A stretch of DNA of 64,000 nucleotides from positions 32,001 through 96,000 of the forward strand of contig JAXMNT010000008.1 of assembly GCA_034670305.1 (NCBI GenBank), written 5' to 3'. The position numbers and the translations under genes are program-made. Shown piece by piece: positions 22,108 to 32,460 of this stretch. Within the stretch, counting starts at the first letter, position 1; each line of letters opens with the position of its first letter. This DNA comes from Deltaproteobacteria bacterium (GTDB taxonomy: Bacteria; Myxococcota_A; Polyangia; Polyangiales; Houyiibacteriaceae). Below the pieces are notes generated by a model. The model made no database searches. It saw only the letters and a program-made list of their open reading frames with translations, and was not told where the DNA came from.

Positions 22108-23682
22108 TCAGCGACACGCCATGAGTGGGCAGCCGTCGACGCCGCCCGCGCAGCGGAAGACCTCCGTACACGCGCCTCGATCCACCGCGCAATGGACCTG
22201 GTCGACCTCCGTCCCGCAACCACTCGGGTCCGTGTCCCAAAAGAGATCGAACACGCATTCGCCGCCCGGGCCGGCCTCACAGGCGTCGGTGCCGGGCGGG
22301 AAGGGGGCAAACGCCTCGAGCACTCCGTCGCAGTCGAAGTCGTTGCCTCCCTCGCTGTTGCGGGGCCTTCCGAAGTACTCGGTCTGGCCAGGAAACGCCC
22401 GCGCATCGGAGCCATCGCAGTCCTGGCTCGCGACATCGACCGGCGCGCGGTCGGTCCAGTTCTCGGGGCAGACCGAACCACAGTTGGGCGTGGGCGGCGC
22501 GGTCGAGACCGCGAACCCGTCCGAGTCGCCGTCGACGTAGCAGATCACCGCAACGCCTTCGTCTACCTCGCCATCGCAGTCGTCGTCGACCGCGTTGCAG
22601 ATCTCCGGTTCGCCGCCGATGGCCCCCATGCACACGCCCCAGCCGTCGCCGGTGCACTCCTGGGTGCCTCGGCTGCAGCGCCCGGTGTCGGAACCGCAGA
22701 CCCGGAACGGTTCCGAACAACTGCACCCTTCATCCACGGCGCCGTCGCAATCTTCGTCTCGGTCGTTGCCGCACTCGTCTTCGGTCGGTCCGATGCCGCA
22801 GCCTCCCCAGAGTCCGGAGACGCAGTTTTGAGAGCTCGCAGCGCACGCGCCCGGAAGCGGACAGGTGCGGGAGCTTCCGCTCGTGCACGCGCAGCCACCG
22901 GGCGGATCGTTCGGCGTTCCAGAGCAGTCGTCGTCGACCTCCTCGGGGTCACACCGGTCGAACGCACCGGGGTGGGTGGACGCGTTCATGTCGTCGCAGT
23001 CACCACCGCGCGCGGCGTACCCAGCCGGCGCCGTGCACGCCTCGACCCGGTCCGCATCCACAGAGACATCGGAGAACCCGTCGCCGTCCATGTCGCGTAC
23101 GAAGGTCGCCATCACCCCTTCGTCCGTCGCGCCGTCGCAGTCTTGATCGACGCCGTCGCACTCCTCGGCTTCGCCTGGGTGCACACCAGCGGCTCGGTCG
23201 TCGCAGTCGTCCCCGCATCGGTCCCCGTTGCAGCAGGCGGCATCCGTGAACCCGTCGCCATCGGTGTCGCCGTCGGACCCGAACGTGGACGGGTCGCAGT
23301 CTTCGTCGACCCCAGCCACGTCGCACACCTCGGTCGCAGCCGGGGATACGTTGGGATCGGCGTCGTTGCAGTCGAGGCCACCGCAGCCGACGGCCACGAC
23401 GCCGTCGCCGTCCGCATCTGGCGCCATCGCACAGTCGGACTCGCATGTTTCTGCGACCTCGTCGCAGCGTTGCCCCTCGAGACACGGCGCCGCGCCGGCA
23501 ACGCAAACACCTCCTTCGCACCGCTCCGGTCCGTTGCAGAACAGCCCGTCGTCGCAGCCGCGCGCATCGGCGCAGACGACAGACCCGTCACCGGCGTCGA
23601 TGGCCCCGCCCGAGTCTCCGCACGAAGCCAGAGCCACCGCCAGGCCGAGCGGCACAAGTCCGATCGAGCGGTTGAACCTCAT
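22108..23682 (-). CDS. Cys/Asp-rich putative metal-binding motif (MopE-related repeat) lipoprotein
   Basis: LASC lipobox; repeated DCDD..vhPGa.E.CdgvDdDCDG; ATGA overlap with the upstream paralog. Confidence 0.85.
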   Translation of the reverse strand: MRFNRSIGLVPLGLAVALASCGDSGGAIDAGDGSVVCADARGCDDGLFCNGPERCEGGVCVAGAAPCLEGQRCDEVAETCESDCAMAPDADGDGVVAVGCGGLDCNDADPNVSPAATEVCDVAGVDEDCDPSTFGSDGDTDGDGFTDAACCNGDRCGDDCDDRAAGVHPGEAEECDGVDQDCDGATDEGVMATFVRDMDGDGFSDVSVDADRVEACTAPAGYAARGGDCDDMNASTHPGAFDRCDPEEVDDDCSGTPNDPPGGCACTSGSSRTCPLPGACAASSQNCVSGLWGGCGIGPTEDECGNDRDEDCDGAVDEGCSCSEPFRVCGSDTGRCSRGTQECTGDGWGVCMGAIGGEPEICNAVDDDCDGEVDEGVAVICYVDGDSDGFAVSTAPPTPNCGSVCPENWTDRAPVDVASQDCDGSDARAFPGQTEYFGRPRNSEGGNDFDCDGVLEAFAPFPPGTDACEAGPGGECVFDLFWDTDPSGCGTEVDQVHCAVDRGACTEVFRCAGGVDGCPLMACR

Positions 23683-25247
23683 CGACACTTGACCTGGTTC
23701 TGGTCCCCGCACGCCGTCGACCCTGCAGCGCACGAGTACACTTGCTCGCACCGGTTGCCACTGGAGTCGCTGATCGTGTCGCAGACGATGTACGTGACAC
23801 GCGTGCCGCAAGCCCGTCGCGAGACAAAGCCTTCTCTCGGTTCGAAGCACGCTCCGCGCGAGTCTTCGACACAGGAGCCGATGACGGTGTCGGTCGCGGT
23901 CTCGATTCCGTCGCAGTCGAAGTCGAAGCTGCCCGAGGTGCGGGGCGTACCGAACGAAGCGGTCTGTCCCGGGTACGCGCGCGGGTCGTCCGCGTCGCAG
24001 TCCCGGTTGGCCGGAGGGGTCGGATCGATGTCGGTGTACCCGACCGGGCACGCGTCGGCGCACACTTCCATCACCGTGGCGGTGACCACCGTGTATCCGT
24101 CGCCATCGGTGTCCTCGAAACATCGAAAGAACACCCCTTCGTCGACGGCGCCATCGCAGTCGTCGTCGAGTTCGTTGCAGGTCTCCGGCGCGGCTTCGTC
24201 GGCGCCCGTGCAGGGGCCCCACACACCGTCCCCGGCGCAGGTCTGCACGCCTCGACTGCACTCGCCGACATCCGTTCCGCAGAAGCGCACTTCGTCATCG
24301 CACTCGCAGCCGTTGTCGGCGGCCCCATCACAGTCTTCGTCTTCCCCGTTGCCGCAGATTTCCGGGCCCGGAAGCACCGCGCACTCGGCCCACATGCCCG
24401 CCACGCACGTCTGGGTGCTGCGGCCGCACAGGCCCGGTTGGGGACAGCTGCGGACCGCGGCGTTCTCGCACGCACAGCCACCTGGCGGGTCGTTGGCCGT
24501 ACCACTGCAGTCGTCGTCGACCATGGCTTCGTCGCATCGGTCGTACGCACCGGGGTGCACGCTCGCCAACGCGTCGTCGCAATCGTCCGCGACCTCCGCA
24601 TACCCAACGGGCGCCCGACACGCCTGCGTCGTCTCGGCGTCGGCCGCGTCCGAACCATGCCCGTCGCGGTCCGCGTCGATGGAGAACGTCGCGAGCACGC
24701 CCTCGTCCGTCGCCCCATCGCAGTCGTCGTCGAGTTCGTTGCAGCTCTCCGCTTCGTCCGGGTGCACCGCGTTGCGGCTGTCGTCGCAGTCGTCGCCGCA
24801 GTTCGTACCGTTGCAACACAGCGCGTCGATGTAGCCGTCGCCGTCCGCATCGCGTTCTCCGAAGGTGGTGGGGTCGCAGTCTTCGTCGACGCTCCCGCGA
24901 TCACAGACTTCGGCGTTGCCGGGGAAGCGGTTCGGGTTGCTGTCGTCGCAGTCGGTGCCGCCGCAGTCGACCGAGTCCGCGCCGTCGCCATCGGCGTCCA
25001 GCGTCACCGCGCACTCGGTGACGCACCGGTCGGCGAGCTCGTCGCAGGTCGTGCCGAGCCCGCAGGGCGTCGTCGGCGCCGTGCACACCCCGTCTTCGCA
25101 CCGTTCGATGCCGTTGCAAAAGACGCCGTCGTCACAGGCCGCGCACGGGTCCGCCCCGTCGGTGCTGGCGTCCGCGGTGGAAGAATCGTCGTCGCCACAC
25201 GCAACAACCGAGAGACACAGAACCACACAGCAGGTGAAGCGAGACAT
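23679..25247 (-). CDS. Cys/Asp-rich putative metal-binding motif lipoprotein, paralog of the adjacent gene
   Basis: VVAC lipobox; same repeat order as 22108-23682. Confidence 0.85.
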   Translation of the reverse strand: MSRFTCCVVLCLSVVACGDDDSSTADASTDGADPCAACDDGVFCNGIERCEDGVCTAPTTPCGLGTTCDELADRCVTECAVTLDADGDGADSVDCGGTDCDDSNPNRFPGNAEVCDRGSVDEDCDPTTFGERDADGDGYIDALCCNGTNCGDDCDDSRNAVHPDEAESCNELDDDCDGATDEGVLATFSIDADRDGHGSDAADAETTQACRAPVGYAEVADDCDDALASVHPGAYDRCDEAMVDDDCSGTANDPPGGCACENAAVRSCPQPGLCGRSTQTCVAGMWAECAVLPGPEICGNGEDEDCDGAADNGCECDDEVRFCGTDVGECSRGVQTCAGDGVWGPCTGADEAAPETCNELDDDCDGAVDEGVFFRCFEDTDGDGYTVVTATVMEVCADACPVGYTDIDPTPPANRDCDADDPRAYPGQTASFGTPRTSGSFDFDCDGIETATDTVIGSCVEDSRGACFEPREGFVSRRACGTRVTYIVCDTISDSSGNRCEQVYSCAAGSTACGDQNQVKCR

Positions 25248-25310
25248 GCCGACAGGGTACGGGATGAACGGTCGCTGACTCAGCGGAAAACCAGCGCACG
25301 TACGCGCCTC

Positions 25311-26342
25311 TCAGCGGAAGTATGCGCGGACGAGCTCGGCGGCCTCGGCGCGTTTGGCCGACATGTCCTTCGCGAGGAACGCCATGCCCTCGGTGCGGGC
25401 GAGGTTGTGGGCACGCCGGGTTTCATACCGCTCCACGTCCCACCCGAAGTAGTCGTCCTCGAGCACGTCGCGGGCGAACCGCGCGACGAGCTCCCAGGTG
25501 ATGAGACGGCCGCAGTCGGCGAGCGATGCGCGCTCCGCTTCCGTCAGTGCCACGCCTTGCGCCGCGTAGCCTCGCAAGAACGCCTCGAACCGTCCGAGTT
25601 CGAACTCGGTCGCTTCGTCTTCTTCGCCGGTCCGGCACCACGAGCGCACCGCATCGCCGAGATCGACCAGCACCGAGTGGCGGTTGCAGGTGTCGAGATC
25701 GATGAGCGCGAGCGCCTCGTCGCCAAGAAAGAGCACGTTGCTGATCTTGGGATCGCCATGCACCACGTGCCGCGGCAGGTGGCTCGAGAGCAACAGGCCG
25801 GGAAGTTCTTGCTCCACCGCGGCCAGTGTGTCGGCCACGAGCGGCAGGTGGGCCTCGTGCACGGGGTTCGCGGCCGACGTTCGAAAACGCTCCAGATGCA
25901 GCGCGGTGTCGTGCCCGGGATGCGCGCTTCGGAACGGCGCGTCGAAGTCCGCCATGGCCACGTGAAAGCGGCCGAGCGCACGCGCGGCTTCCTCGACGTC
26001 GTGGGCGTTGCGCACCGCGGTCCGTGTCTCACCCGGCAGCCGCGTGGTCAGGCGCCAGTAGCGCCGCTTCTCGTCGGCGTCGTCGAACGCGAGCGGGTGG
26101 TCGTCGAGGGTGCGGATCACCACCGGCGAAGGCTGGCCCTTCTTCGCCAGGTGATCCGTGACCGCCACGTAGTCGGCCACGACATCCATGGACGAGAGCC
26201 CGGGGGCAAGCCGCTGAAAAACGTAGCTGCCTTCGCTCGAGTCCACGAAAAAGGTCTCGTGGACCAGCCCCTGTTCCACCGGTTCGACCTGGCCGACCCG
26301 GCCGATCGAGTACGCCGCCAGCACCGCCTTCGGATCGTGCAT
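25311..26342 (-). CDS. APH/choline-kinase-like phosphotransferase
   Basis: VHGDPKISN Brenner motif, LIDLDT. Confidence 0.88.
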   Translation of the reverse strand: MHDPKAVLAAYSIGRVGQVEPVEQGLVHETFFVDSSEGSYVFQRLAPGLSSMDVVADYVAVTDHLAKKGQPSPVVIRTLDDHPLAFDDADEKRRYWRLTTRLPGETRTAVRNAHDVEEAARALGRFHVAMADFDAPFRSAHPGHDTALHLERFRTSAANPVHEAHLPLVADTLAAVEQELPGLLLSSHLPRHVVHGDPKISNVLFLGDEALALIDLDTCNRHSVLVDLGDAVRSWCRTGEEDEATEFELGRFEAFLRGYAAQGVALTEAERASLADCGRLITWELVARFARDVLEDDYFGWDVERYETRRAHNLARTEGMAFLAKDMSAKRAEAAELVRAYFR

Positions 26343-26462
26343 GGCGGGAGTCTCGCACGGTTCGGCCTCGCCGCACGCGGCTCGGAAGGATGCTGGCCGG
26401 CGAGGTCATTCGACCGCAAGCTTCGGAATGTGGCGTTCGCCCGGACCCTGCACCCTCTCTTC

Positions 26463-27335
26463 ATGACCACCGACAACCCGACGACTTGGGTCGAACCCCT
26501 CTGCCGATTCCTCGAAGCAGAAGTCCGCCGTGGCGCACCCATTCCAACCCTCGACGCGCTCGCCGAACGCGTGTCGCTGAGCAAGTTTCATCTGCAACGC
26601 ACCTTCAAGGCCGTGACCGGCGTGAGCCCCCGGACCTACGCCAAGTCGATTCGCGTGCGCCACGCACGCACCGAACTCGAGCGGGCACCCTCGGTGACCC
26701 GAGCGGTGGTGGACGGAGGCTTCCAGTCGACGTCGCGCTTCCACGAGGAGGTCGTCGCCACGCTGGGCATGACGCCGACCCGGTTCCGAGAACGCGGTGC
26801 CGGGCTGACGATCCGGTTCGCCGTCGGACAGTCTGTTTTGGGCGCGCTCTTGGTGGCGGGCACCGAACGCGGCATCTGCAGCATCGCCCTCGGTCAAGAC
26901 GCCGAGGCTCTGGTCCACGAGCTCGACCGAGAGTTCTCCAACGCACACCTCGTGGGGAACGATGGGACGTTCGAGCGGTGGGTCGCTCAGGTGGCAGGCC
27001 TCGTTCACGAACCGCGGCCGGCCCTCGACCTGCCGCTGGACATCCGAGGCACAGCGTTCCAGCGGCGGGTGTGGACCGCCCTGCGCGCCATCGCGCCGGG
27101 CACCACGCTGACCTATGCCGAAGTCGCGAAACAGATCGGGCATCCCATGGCAGCGCGTGCCGTCGCGTCCGCCTGCGCCGCGAACCGGCTCGCGCTCGTG
27201 ATTCCCTGTCATCGCGTGGTGCGGCGCGACCGCGCCCTCACCGGGTACCGATGGGGCATCGAACGCAAACGCGCATTGCTTCAGTACGAGGCCAACTTCT
27301 TGGTCCAAGAGGGCCCCGCCGTATGTCGCAGCTGA
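26463..27335 (+). CDS. ada: Ada-like protein: AraC HTH plus O6-methylguanine methyltransferase, lacking the N-terminal Zn domain
   Basis: SKFHLQRTFK..TGVSP HTH; GTAFQRRVW, IPCHRV active site; overlaps alkB. Confidence 0.9.
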   Translation: MTTDNPTTWVEPLCRFLEAEVRRGAPIPTLDALAERVSLSKFHLQRTFKAVTGVSPRTYAKSIRVRHARTELERAPSVTRAVVDGGFQSTSRFHEEVVATLGMTPTRFRERGAGLTIRFAVGQSVLGALLVAGTERGICSIALGQDAEALVHELDREFSNAHLVGNDGTFERWVAQVAGLVHEPRPALDLPLDIRGTAFQRRVWTALRAIAPGTTLTYAEVAKQIGHPMAARAVASACAANRLALVIPCHRVVRRDRALTGYRWGIERKRALLQYEANFLVQEGPAVCRS

Positions 27336-27970
27336 CGTTCGAACTCGGCGGGCGCGACACCCGCATCGAGTTGGGCGAAGGCGCCGCCGTTCTCGGCGGG
27401 TTTGCGCGCGCCCAGGCGGCTTCGCTGCTTGAGGCCATCGAAGGCGTCGCGGCGCGGGCGGCCTTCCGGCACCTCGTCACGCCCGGCGGCCAACCGATGT
27501 CGGTGGCGATGACCAACTGCGGCACCCAGGGCTGGACCTCCAGCCCCGCCGGCTACCGGTACACGGCACACGACCCCGACACCGGTCTTGCCTGGCCCGC
27601 GATGCCCAGCCGCTTCGCGTCCCTTGCCGCCGAGGCCGCCGCCGAGCTGGGGTTCGACGGGTACGAACCCGATGCGTGTCTCATCAACCGATACGCCGTG
27701 GGCGCGCGTCTCACTGCGCACCGCGACAACGACGAAGCCGATGCGCGCGCTCCGATCGTCTCGGTGTCGCTCGGACTGCCCGCGACGTTCTTCTTCGGCG
27801 GGCGGTCCAGAAGCGAACCGACCACGAAGGTCCGGCTGGAGCATGGCGACGTGGTCGTCTGGGGTGGCGCGTCCCGCTTGAACTACCACGGTGTGCTGCC
27901 CATCCGAGACGGATGGCACTCGGACACCGGCGCGCACCGATACAACCTCACGTTCCGACGAACCCGCTGA
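27323..27970 (+). CDS. alkB: Alpha-ketoglutarate-dependent DNA demethylase AlkB
   Basis: TPGG.PMSVAMTNCG, PDACLINRY, HxD (HRD), YHGV, RYNLTFR. Confidence 0.95.
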   Translation: MSQLTFELGGRDTRIELGEGAAVLGGFARAQAASLLEAIEGVAARAAFRHLVTPGGQPMSVAMTNCGTQGWTSSPAGYRYTAHDPDTGLAWPAMPSRFASLAAEAAAELGFDGYEPDACLINRYAVGARLTAHRDNDEADARAPIVSVSLGLPATFFFGGRSRSEPTTKVRLEHGDVVVWGGASRLNYHGVLPIRDGWHSDTGAHRYNLTFRRTR

Positions 27971-28005
27971 GTGCGCTCGGGTGCGCGGGACCATCGAGGG
28001 GACTC

Positions 28006-29319
28006 GTGCTAGCGCATCGGGTGCACGAACCGCCCTCCTCCGCTGAGCTTCGATCCTCCAAGGGCGCCAACCGCCTGACCCAGCCAGCGCTCGGGCCCGC
28101 CCGCGGATTCTTCGCACCCGGCTACGAACCGGTCGCGCGCTGTTTCGCAGGCCTGTTGGAGCGCGAAGAGATCGGGGCCGGCGTGTCGATCTATGTGCGT
28201 GGCGAACACGTCGTCGACCTGCACGGGGGCCTGGCCGACGTGAAACAAGAGCGACCCTGGCAGAAGGACACACGCATCGTCGTGTTCTCCGCGACGAAGG
28301 GACTGATGGCGATGGCCACCCACCTGCTGGCAGATCGAGGTCAGCTCGAGTGGGACGCGCCGGTGGCCGAGTACTGGCCGGAGTTCGCGGCGAACGGCAA
28401 AGCGGGCATCACCGTCCGCACGCTGCTGAACCACCGCGCCGGGCTGCCCTACCTCGACACGCCGCTTCGACTCGACGACTTCTTGGCACCGACGCACCCC
28501 GCGCACGTCTGCGCTGCCCTCGAATCGCAGCGGACCGCATGGACCCCGGGCACCGATCAGGGCTACCACGCGACGACCTACGGCATGTACGCGCGGGAGC
28601 TCTTCGCCCGGATCGCCAAAGAACCGGTGGGCCCGTTCCTGCGGCGCGAGCTGCTCGAACCGCTCGGCTCCGATGCGTTCATGGGCACGCCCGCGTCCGA
28701 AGACTCGAAGTTCGCCACCCTCTACAACCCCTCTCTCGGCGCGCGGCTGCGGAAGATGTTGGCCACCGCAATCACCGATCCGGACTCGAACGAGATCCGC
28801 ATCCTCAAGGGCACGTTGAAACGGAACTCGATCGGTCAGAAGGCGTATCGCAACCCGAAAACCAAAGGCGGCGTCTTCGCGTACAACGCGCTTCCGGCTC
28901 GCCGGGCCGCGCTGGCGTGGGCATCGGCGACGGCGAGCGCGGACGGCCTGGCGCGCGCGTACCTTCCGTTCGCGGGCGACGGATCGGTGGATGGCCGACG
29001 ATACTTCGCCGCCGAGAGCCTCGAGCCGATCCACCGACGCCAGGGATGGTCCGAGTGCGACCGGGTGCTGCACAAGCCGCAGGGTTGGTCGCAGGGGTTC
29101 CTGAAAGAGCAGCGCAAGTACTTCAGCCCGAACCCGGAGTCGTTCGGACACGCCGGTCTCGGCGGCGCGCTCGGCTGGTGCGATCCAATCGAAGGGGTCG
29201 CGTTCGGCTACGTCCTCAACAACCTCGACTGGCGGGTGCGGAGCGGCCGAGCCGTCGCGCTGTGCCATGCGCTGTACGAGTGTGCCCCCTTGTTCGGCAG
29301 CGCCCGCGCGGCCGAGTAG
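28006..29319 (+). CDS. Serine hydrolase, beta-lactamase family esterase
   Basis: FSATKG, LLNHRAGL, GYHA.TYG, FGHAGLGG; start uncertain. Confidence 0.9.
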   Translation: MLAHRVHEPPSSAELRSSKGANRLTQPALGPARGFFAPGYEPVARCFAGLLEREEIGAGVSIYVRGEHVVDLHGGLADVKQERPWQKDTRIVVFSATKGLMAMATHLLADRGQLEWDAPVAEYWPEFAANGKAGITVRTLLNHRAGLPYLDTPLRLDDFLAPTHPAHVCAALESQRTAWTPGTDQGYHATTYGMYARELFARIAKEPVGPFLRRELLEPLGSDAFMGTPASEDSKFATLYNPSLGARLRKMLATAITDPDSNEIRILKGTLKRNSIGQKAYRNPKTKGGVFAYNALPARRAALAWASATASADGLARAYLPFAGDGSVDGRRYFAAESLEPIHRRQGWSECDRVLHKPQGWSQGFLKEQRKYFSPNPESFGHAGLGGALGWCDPIEGVAFGYVLNNLDWRVRSGRAVALCHALYECAPLFGSARAAE

Positions 29320-29328
29320 CGGCTCTCC

Positions 29329-29913
29329 GTGGTCCAACGATCCCTACCCGTCGTCTTGAAGGCCGCACGGGCTTGCACCGTATGCGCACCCCACCTGCCC
29401 CACGGACCCAGACCGGTGTTGACCGCAGGCACGGGCGCGCGGGTCCTGATCATCGGCCAGGCCCCAGGAAGCAAGGTGCACGCGAGCGGCATCCCGTGGG
29501 ACGACGTCAGCGGCCAGAGACTCCGCACGTGGCTCGGTGTCGAGTCCGATGTCTTCTACGATCCTGAGCAAGTGTCGCTGCTCCCGATGGGGTTCTGTTT
29601 TCCAGGCATGGGCAAGAGCGGAGACCTTCCTCCCCGACCCGAGTGCGAGCCGAAGTGGCACCCCGAGTTGCTCGCGGCGATGCCCCACATTCGCCTGACC
29701 CTCTTGCTCGGCATGTACGCACAAGGGCGCTACCTGGAACGCTCGGGCACGGTCACCGAGAACGTGGCCGACTGGAAGAAGCAGCTCCGGAAGAACCAAC
29801 TCGCGCTCCCGCACCCTTCCCCGCGCAGCCGCTGGGTCCGACAGAACCCGTGGTTCGAAACGGATGTGCTGCCGCGACTTCGACGTCGCATCCAGCGGGC
29901 CCTCGCGCGCTGA
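29329..29913 (+). CDS. Uracil-DNA glycosylase family protein
   Basis: CxxC, IIGQAPG, PMGFCFPG, LPHPSPR. Confidence 0.9.
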   Translation: MVQRSLPVVLKAARACTVCAPHLPHGPRPVLTAGTGARVLIIGQAPGSKVHASGIPWDDVSGQRLRTWLGVESDVFYDPEQVSLLPMGFCFPGMGKSGDLPPRPECEPKWHPELLAAMPHIRLTLLLGMYAQGRYLERSGTVTENVADWKKQLRKNQLALPHPSPRSRWVRQNPWFETDVLPRLRRRIQRALAR

Positions 29914-29923
29914 GGGAACGGGC

Positions 29924-31036
29924 TCAGGACTCCGGAACCGTCTGGACCTCCGCGTTCGGGAACGCTGCGCGCCGCTCACCCGCCGCACCCTGCATGGGCG
30001 TCAGCGCGAAGAGTGGGATGCCCGCCACATCGTCCAACGAGATGCGACGCACCTGCGGCAGAGGCGGCCCCGCCACCCGCGCGATGCCATCAAAGACGAG
30101 GTGGGTCAGGTTCGGGAACGCATGAAGAGGCGCGGTGTCCAGCTGGGCCGGTGCGGTGGGACCGGCTTGTCGCTCCAGCCGAGACCAGGGCACCGGTTCC
30201 AGCAAGTCGATGCGTAGGACGTCGACCGTCGCGCGCAGCGCTGCATGCCGGGACGACCGACTCAGTGCACATCGGCCGATGGCCTCGAGCGTTCGATCGC
30301 CCTTTGGGGTGTTCGCGAAATGAAGTCTGCGTTGCTCGTATCGAGGTTCTCCGGTGCAAGCCAGGAGCACGTCCGGGTCGAGCTGACGCACCAGCTCCAA
30401 GCCTTGGCGACGGCGTTCCGCCTCGGGGGAATCCAGCAGACGAAACACGCTGTGCAGCCGGCGACGGTCCGGCTCGGACACGTTCGCACCGACCGCGTGC
30501 AGACGGAGGTCGCGCCTGTAGGTCCAGCGACCGATGTCCGTGTCGACCGAGGCCCCCTCGACCAGCGATGTGACGGTCCCATCGGGTGCGACGTGTCGAT
30601 GCGCGCCGTGCTCGGCGAAATGGTCTCCGAGGCTGGGCCAGGACAACGGCTCCGTGAAGTCGCTGCGGTACCACTGCAACCGCCGCCCGAGCGGCACCTG
30701 TCGGTGAGGCGCGCTCGGAGAACAAAGCCACGCAAGTGGGGGACCGTCGTCGAACACCAGGTGCGCGGCGCCCATGTCGAGTTGGTCTCCCGCTGCGAGT
30801 GGCTGGTCCCCATCGATGCGCGATCCATTGAGGATCGTCCCGTTGGTGCTGCGCTCATCGTGCACGAAGAACCGACCGTCGCGCTCGTAGATGCGCGCGT
30901 GCCGCCGCGCGATGGACCCCGACGGCAGCCGGACGCTCATCCGCCCCGCCCGACCCAAACCCACCTCTCCGTGCACGATGGGATGCACCCAGCAACACCC
31001 CGGGAGGTAGACGAAGACATGAGGCGACCGAACCAT
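29924..31036 (-). CDS. FHA domain-containing protein
   Basis: GR...IARRHA...D.RSTNGT..NG FHA signature; C-terminal region unknown. Confidence 0.75.
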   Translation of the reverse strand: MVRSPHVFVYLPGCCWVHPIVHGEVGLGRAGRMSVRLPSGSIARRHARIYERDGRFFVHDERSTNGTILNGSRIDGDQPLAAGDQLDMGAAHLVFDDGPPLAWLCSPSAPHRQVPLGRRLQWYRSDFTEPLSWPSLGDHFAEHGAHRHVAPDGTVTSLVEGASVDTDIGRWTYRRDLRLHAVGANVSEPDRRRLHSVFRLLDSPEAERRRQGLELVRQLDPDVLLACTGEPRYEQRRLHFANTPKGDRTLEAIGRCALSRSSRHAALRATVDVLRIDLLEPVPWSRLERQAGPTAPAQLDTAPLHAFPNLTHLVFDGIARVAGPPLPQVRRISLDDVAGIPLFALTPMQGAAGERRAAFPNAEVQTVPES

Positions 31037-31078
31037 GGTCTCCCTCAGGATGCCACGTCGCCTGCGAGAACACGCGCA

Positions 31079-31627
31079 TCAGAACACAGGCGCCCGGTCG
31101 ACGGACCGCCACCCGCGTTTCTCCACCGAACGCACGGAGCCGACGGAACCAAGCTCGTCCAAGTACGCCGCGAGGGCGCGCAACTCCTCGTCCGTCGCGT
31201 CCCCTTCGAAGGGCGTGACCCGCACGAGGTTGCCGTAGCTCCTCGACCATTTCGCGGGCGTGTCGTCCACCGCGAGGATGTGCGTCTTCTCGAACCCGAA
31301 CCGCCGCAACTTGGCGATGGGTTTGCGCCGAACGAACCCGCCGGGTTCGTACCCCGACCAGTCTCTGGACAGGGTGCAGCGACGCGCATCGAAGACGAAC
31401 CGGAGGCGGTCGCGCGGAACGATGCGCCCGACGATCTGTTGTGCGTAGCCCGGCGAAGACGAGGTCCACACGCCCACGGTGAACCGGTCAAACGCGAACT
31501 TCAGGAACTCAGACAGAAACGGACGGAGGTACACGTGGTACCCGGCGGCGCGAAAGTCCGGGGCGCGTTCGAGCGGTTCGTCCGCCGCGTGAAGCAGTGT
31601 CTCGTCCAGGTCGAGCACCAGCAGCAT
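31079..31627 (-). CDS. HAD/NIF (FCP1-like) phosphatase
   Basis: [12 protein letters not shown] (DxDxT), RPFL..FL, VWTS, VDD, YGNL. Confidence 0.9.
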   Translation of the reverse strand: MLLVLDLDETLLHAADEPLERAPDFRAAGYHVYLRPFLSEFLKFAFDRFTVGVWTSSSPGYAQQIVGRIVPRDRLRFVFDARRCTLSRDWSGYEPGGFVRRKPIAKLRRFGFEKTHILAVDDTPAKWSRSYGNLVRVTPFEGDATDEELRALAAYLDELGSVGSVRSVEKRGWRSVDRAPVF

Positions 31628-31687
31628 GGGATGGCGTGGCACGACGCACGATGGGCACGTCGGCGCGCAAGGCAAGGGTCCGCTTTT

Positions 31688-31930
31688 TCGGCTTCGGCTT
31701 CGGCATCGGCATCGGCATCGGCATCGGCATCGCCTTCAGCATCGGCTTCGGCGTCGGCATCGGCTTCAGCATCGGCTTCAGCATCGGCTTCAGCATCGGC
31801 ATCGGCATCGGCTTCAGCATCGGCATCGGCATCGGCATCGGCATCGGCTTCGGCATCGGCTTCAGCATCGGCATCGGCATCGGCATCGGCATCGGCATCG
31901 GAATCGGCGTCGGCTTTCGGATTCAGCGCC
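31688..31930. repeat. Hexamer tract (CRG-CWT)n
   Basis: CGGCAT/CGGCTT/CAGCAT units in phase. Confidence 0.95.
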
Positions 31931-31954
31931 GGTGCAGGCAACGACACAATCCTG

Positions 31955-32404
31955 CTACCGCCGGCTCTCAGCCTTCCTCGTCCCGGACCAAGTGAACACC
32001 AGTGGCAGGCCCGTGCCGATGAGGGCGGGGAGGTTGATGAGCAGGACGTTGAACACGGCGCCGTGCATCAGCGAGACCGTGCTGTCGATGCAGAACCAGG
32101 CGAGCAGCGAAGCGGTCAGCGCGACGTGGGCCCAGCGCTCGCGCTTTCGGAACGGGCCGAGCACGATCGCGAGCTGCAGCACGTAGCTGCCCGCGATGGT
32201 GCCACCGAGCGGACCGAGCAAGAACGTCTTCAGGTGCGCGGCCTCCGCTGGCACCTCTCCAGCGAAGAACACTTCCGCCAGCGCGGCGTTCCAGTGCGCG
32301 AAGAAGAAGCTCTCGGGTGCAAGGGCCACGAGCACCCCCACCAGACCGAACACCACGCTGACCACGAGCAACCAGCGGTACCAGAACTCGAACCCCAGCT
32401 TCAT
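31955..32404 (-). CDS. Hypothetical four-TM membrane protein
   Basis: Hydrophobic segments; WFCIDS motif; G-rich RBS. Confidence 0.75.
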   Translation of the reverse strand: MKLGFEFWYRWLLVVSVVFGLVGVLVALAPESFFFAHWNAALAEVFFAGEVPAEAAHLKTFLLGPLGGTIAGSYVLQLAIVLGPFRKRERWAHVALTASLLAWFCIDSTVSLMHGAVFNVLLINLPALIGTGLPLVFTWSGTRKAESRR

Positions 32405-32460
32405 GTACCCCCCAGTCCTCAACCCCGATTCAAGGGCTGGTCGAGAGCGCGGTCAACCGA

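Noticed and set aside
23742-27335. 1197-aa ORF ending in Ada
   Set aside because: The first ~900 codons are antisense to two real minus-strand genes; only 26463-27335 is credible
26463-29913. Dedicated DNA-repair island (ada, alkB, UDG)
   Set aside because: ada-alkB linkage is ordinary, and the UDG-family gene is separated by an unrelated esterase; no island boundaries seen
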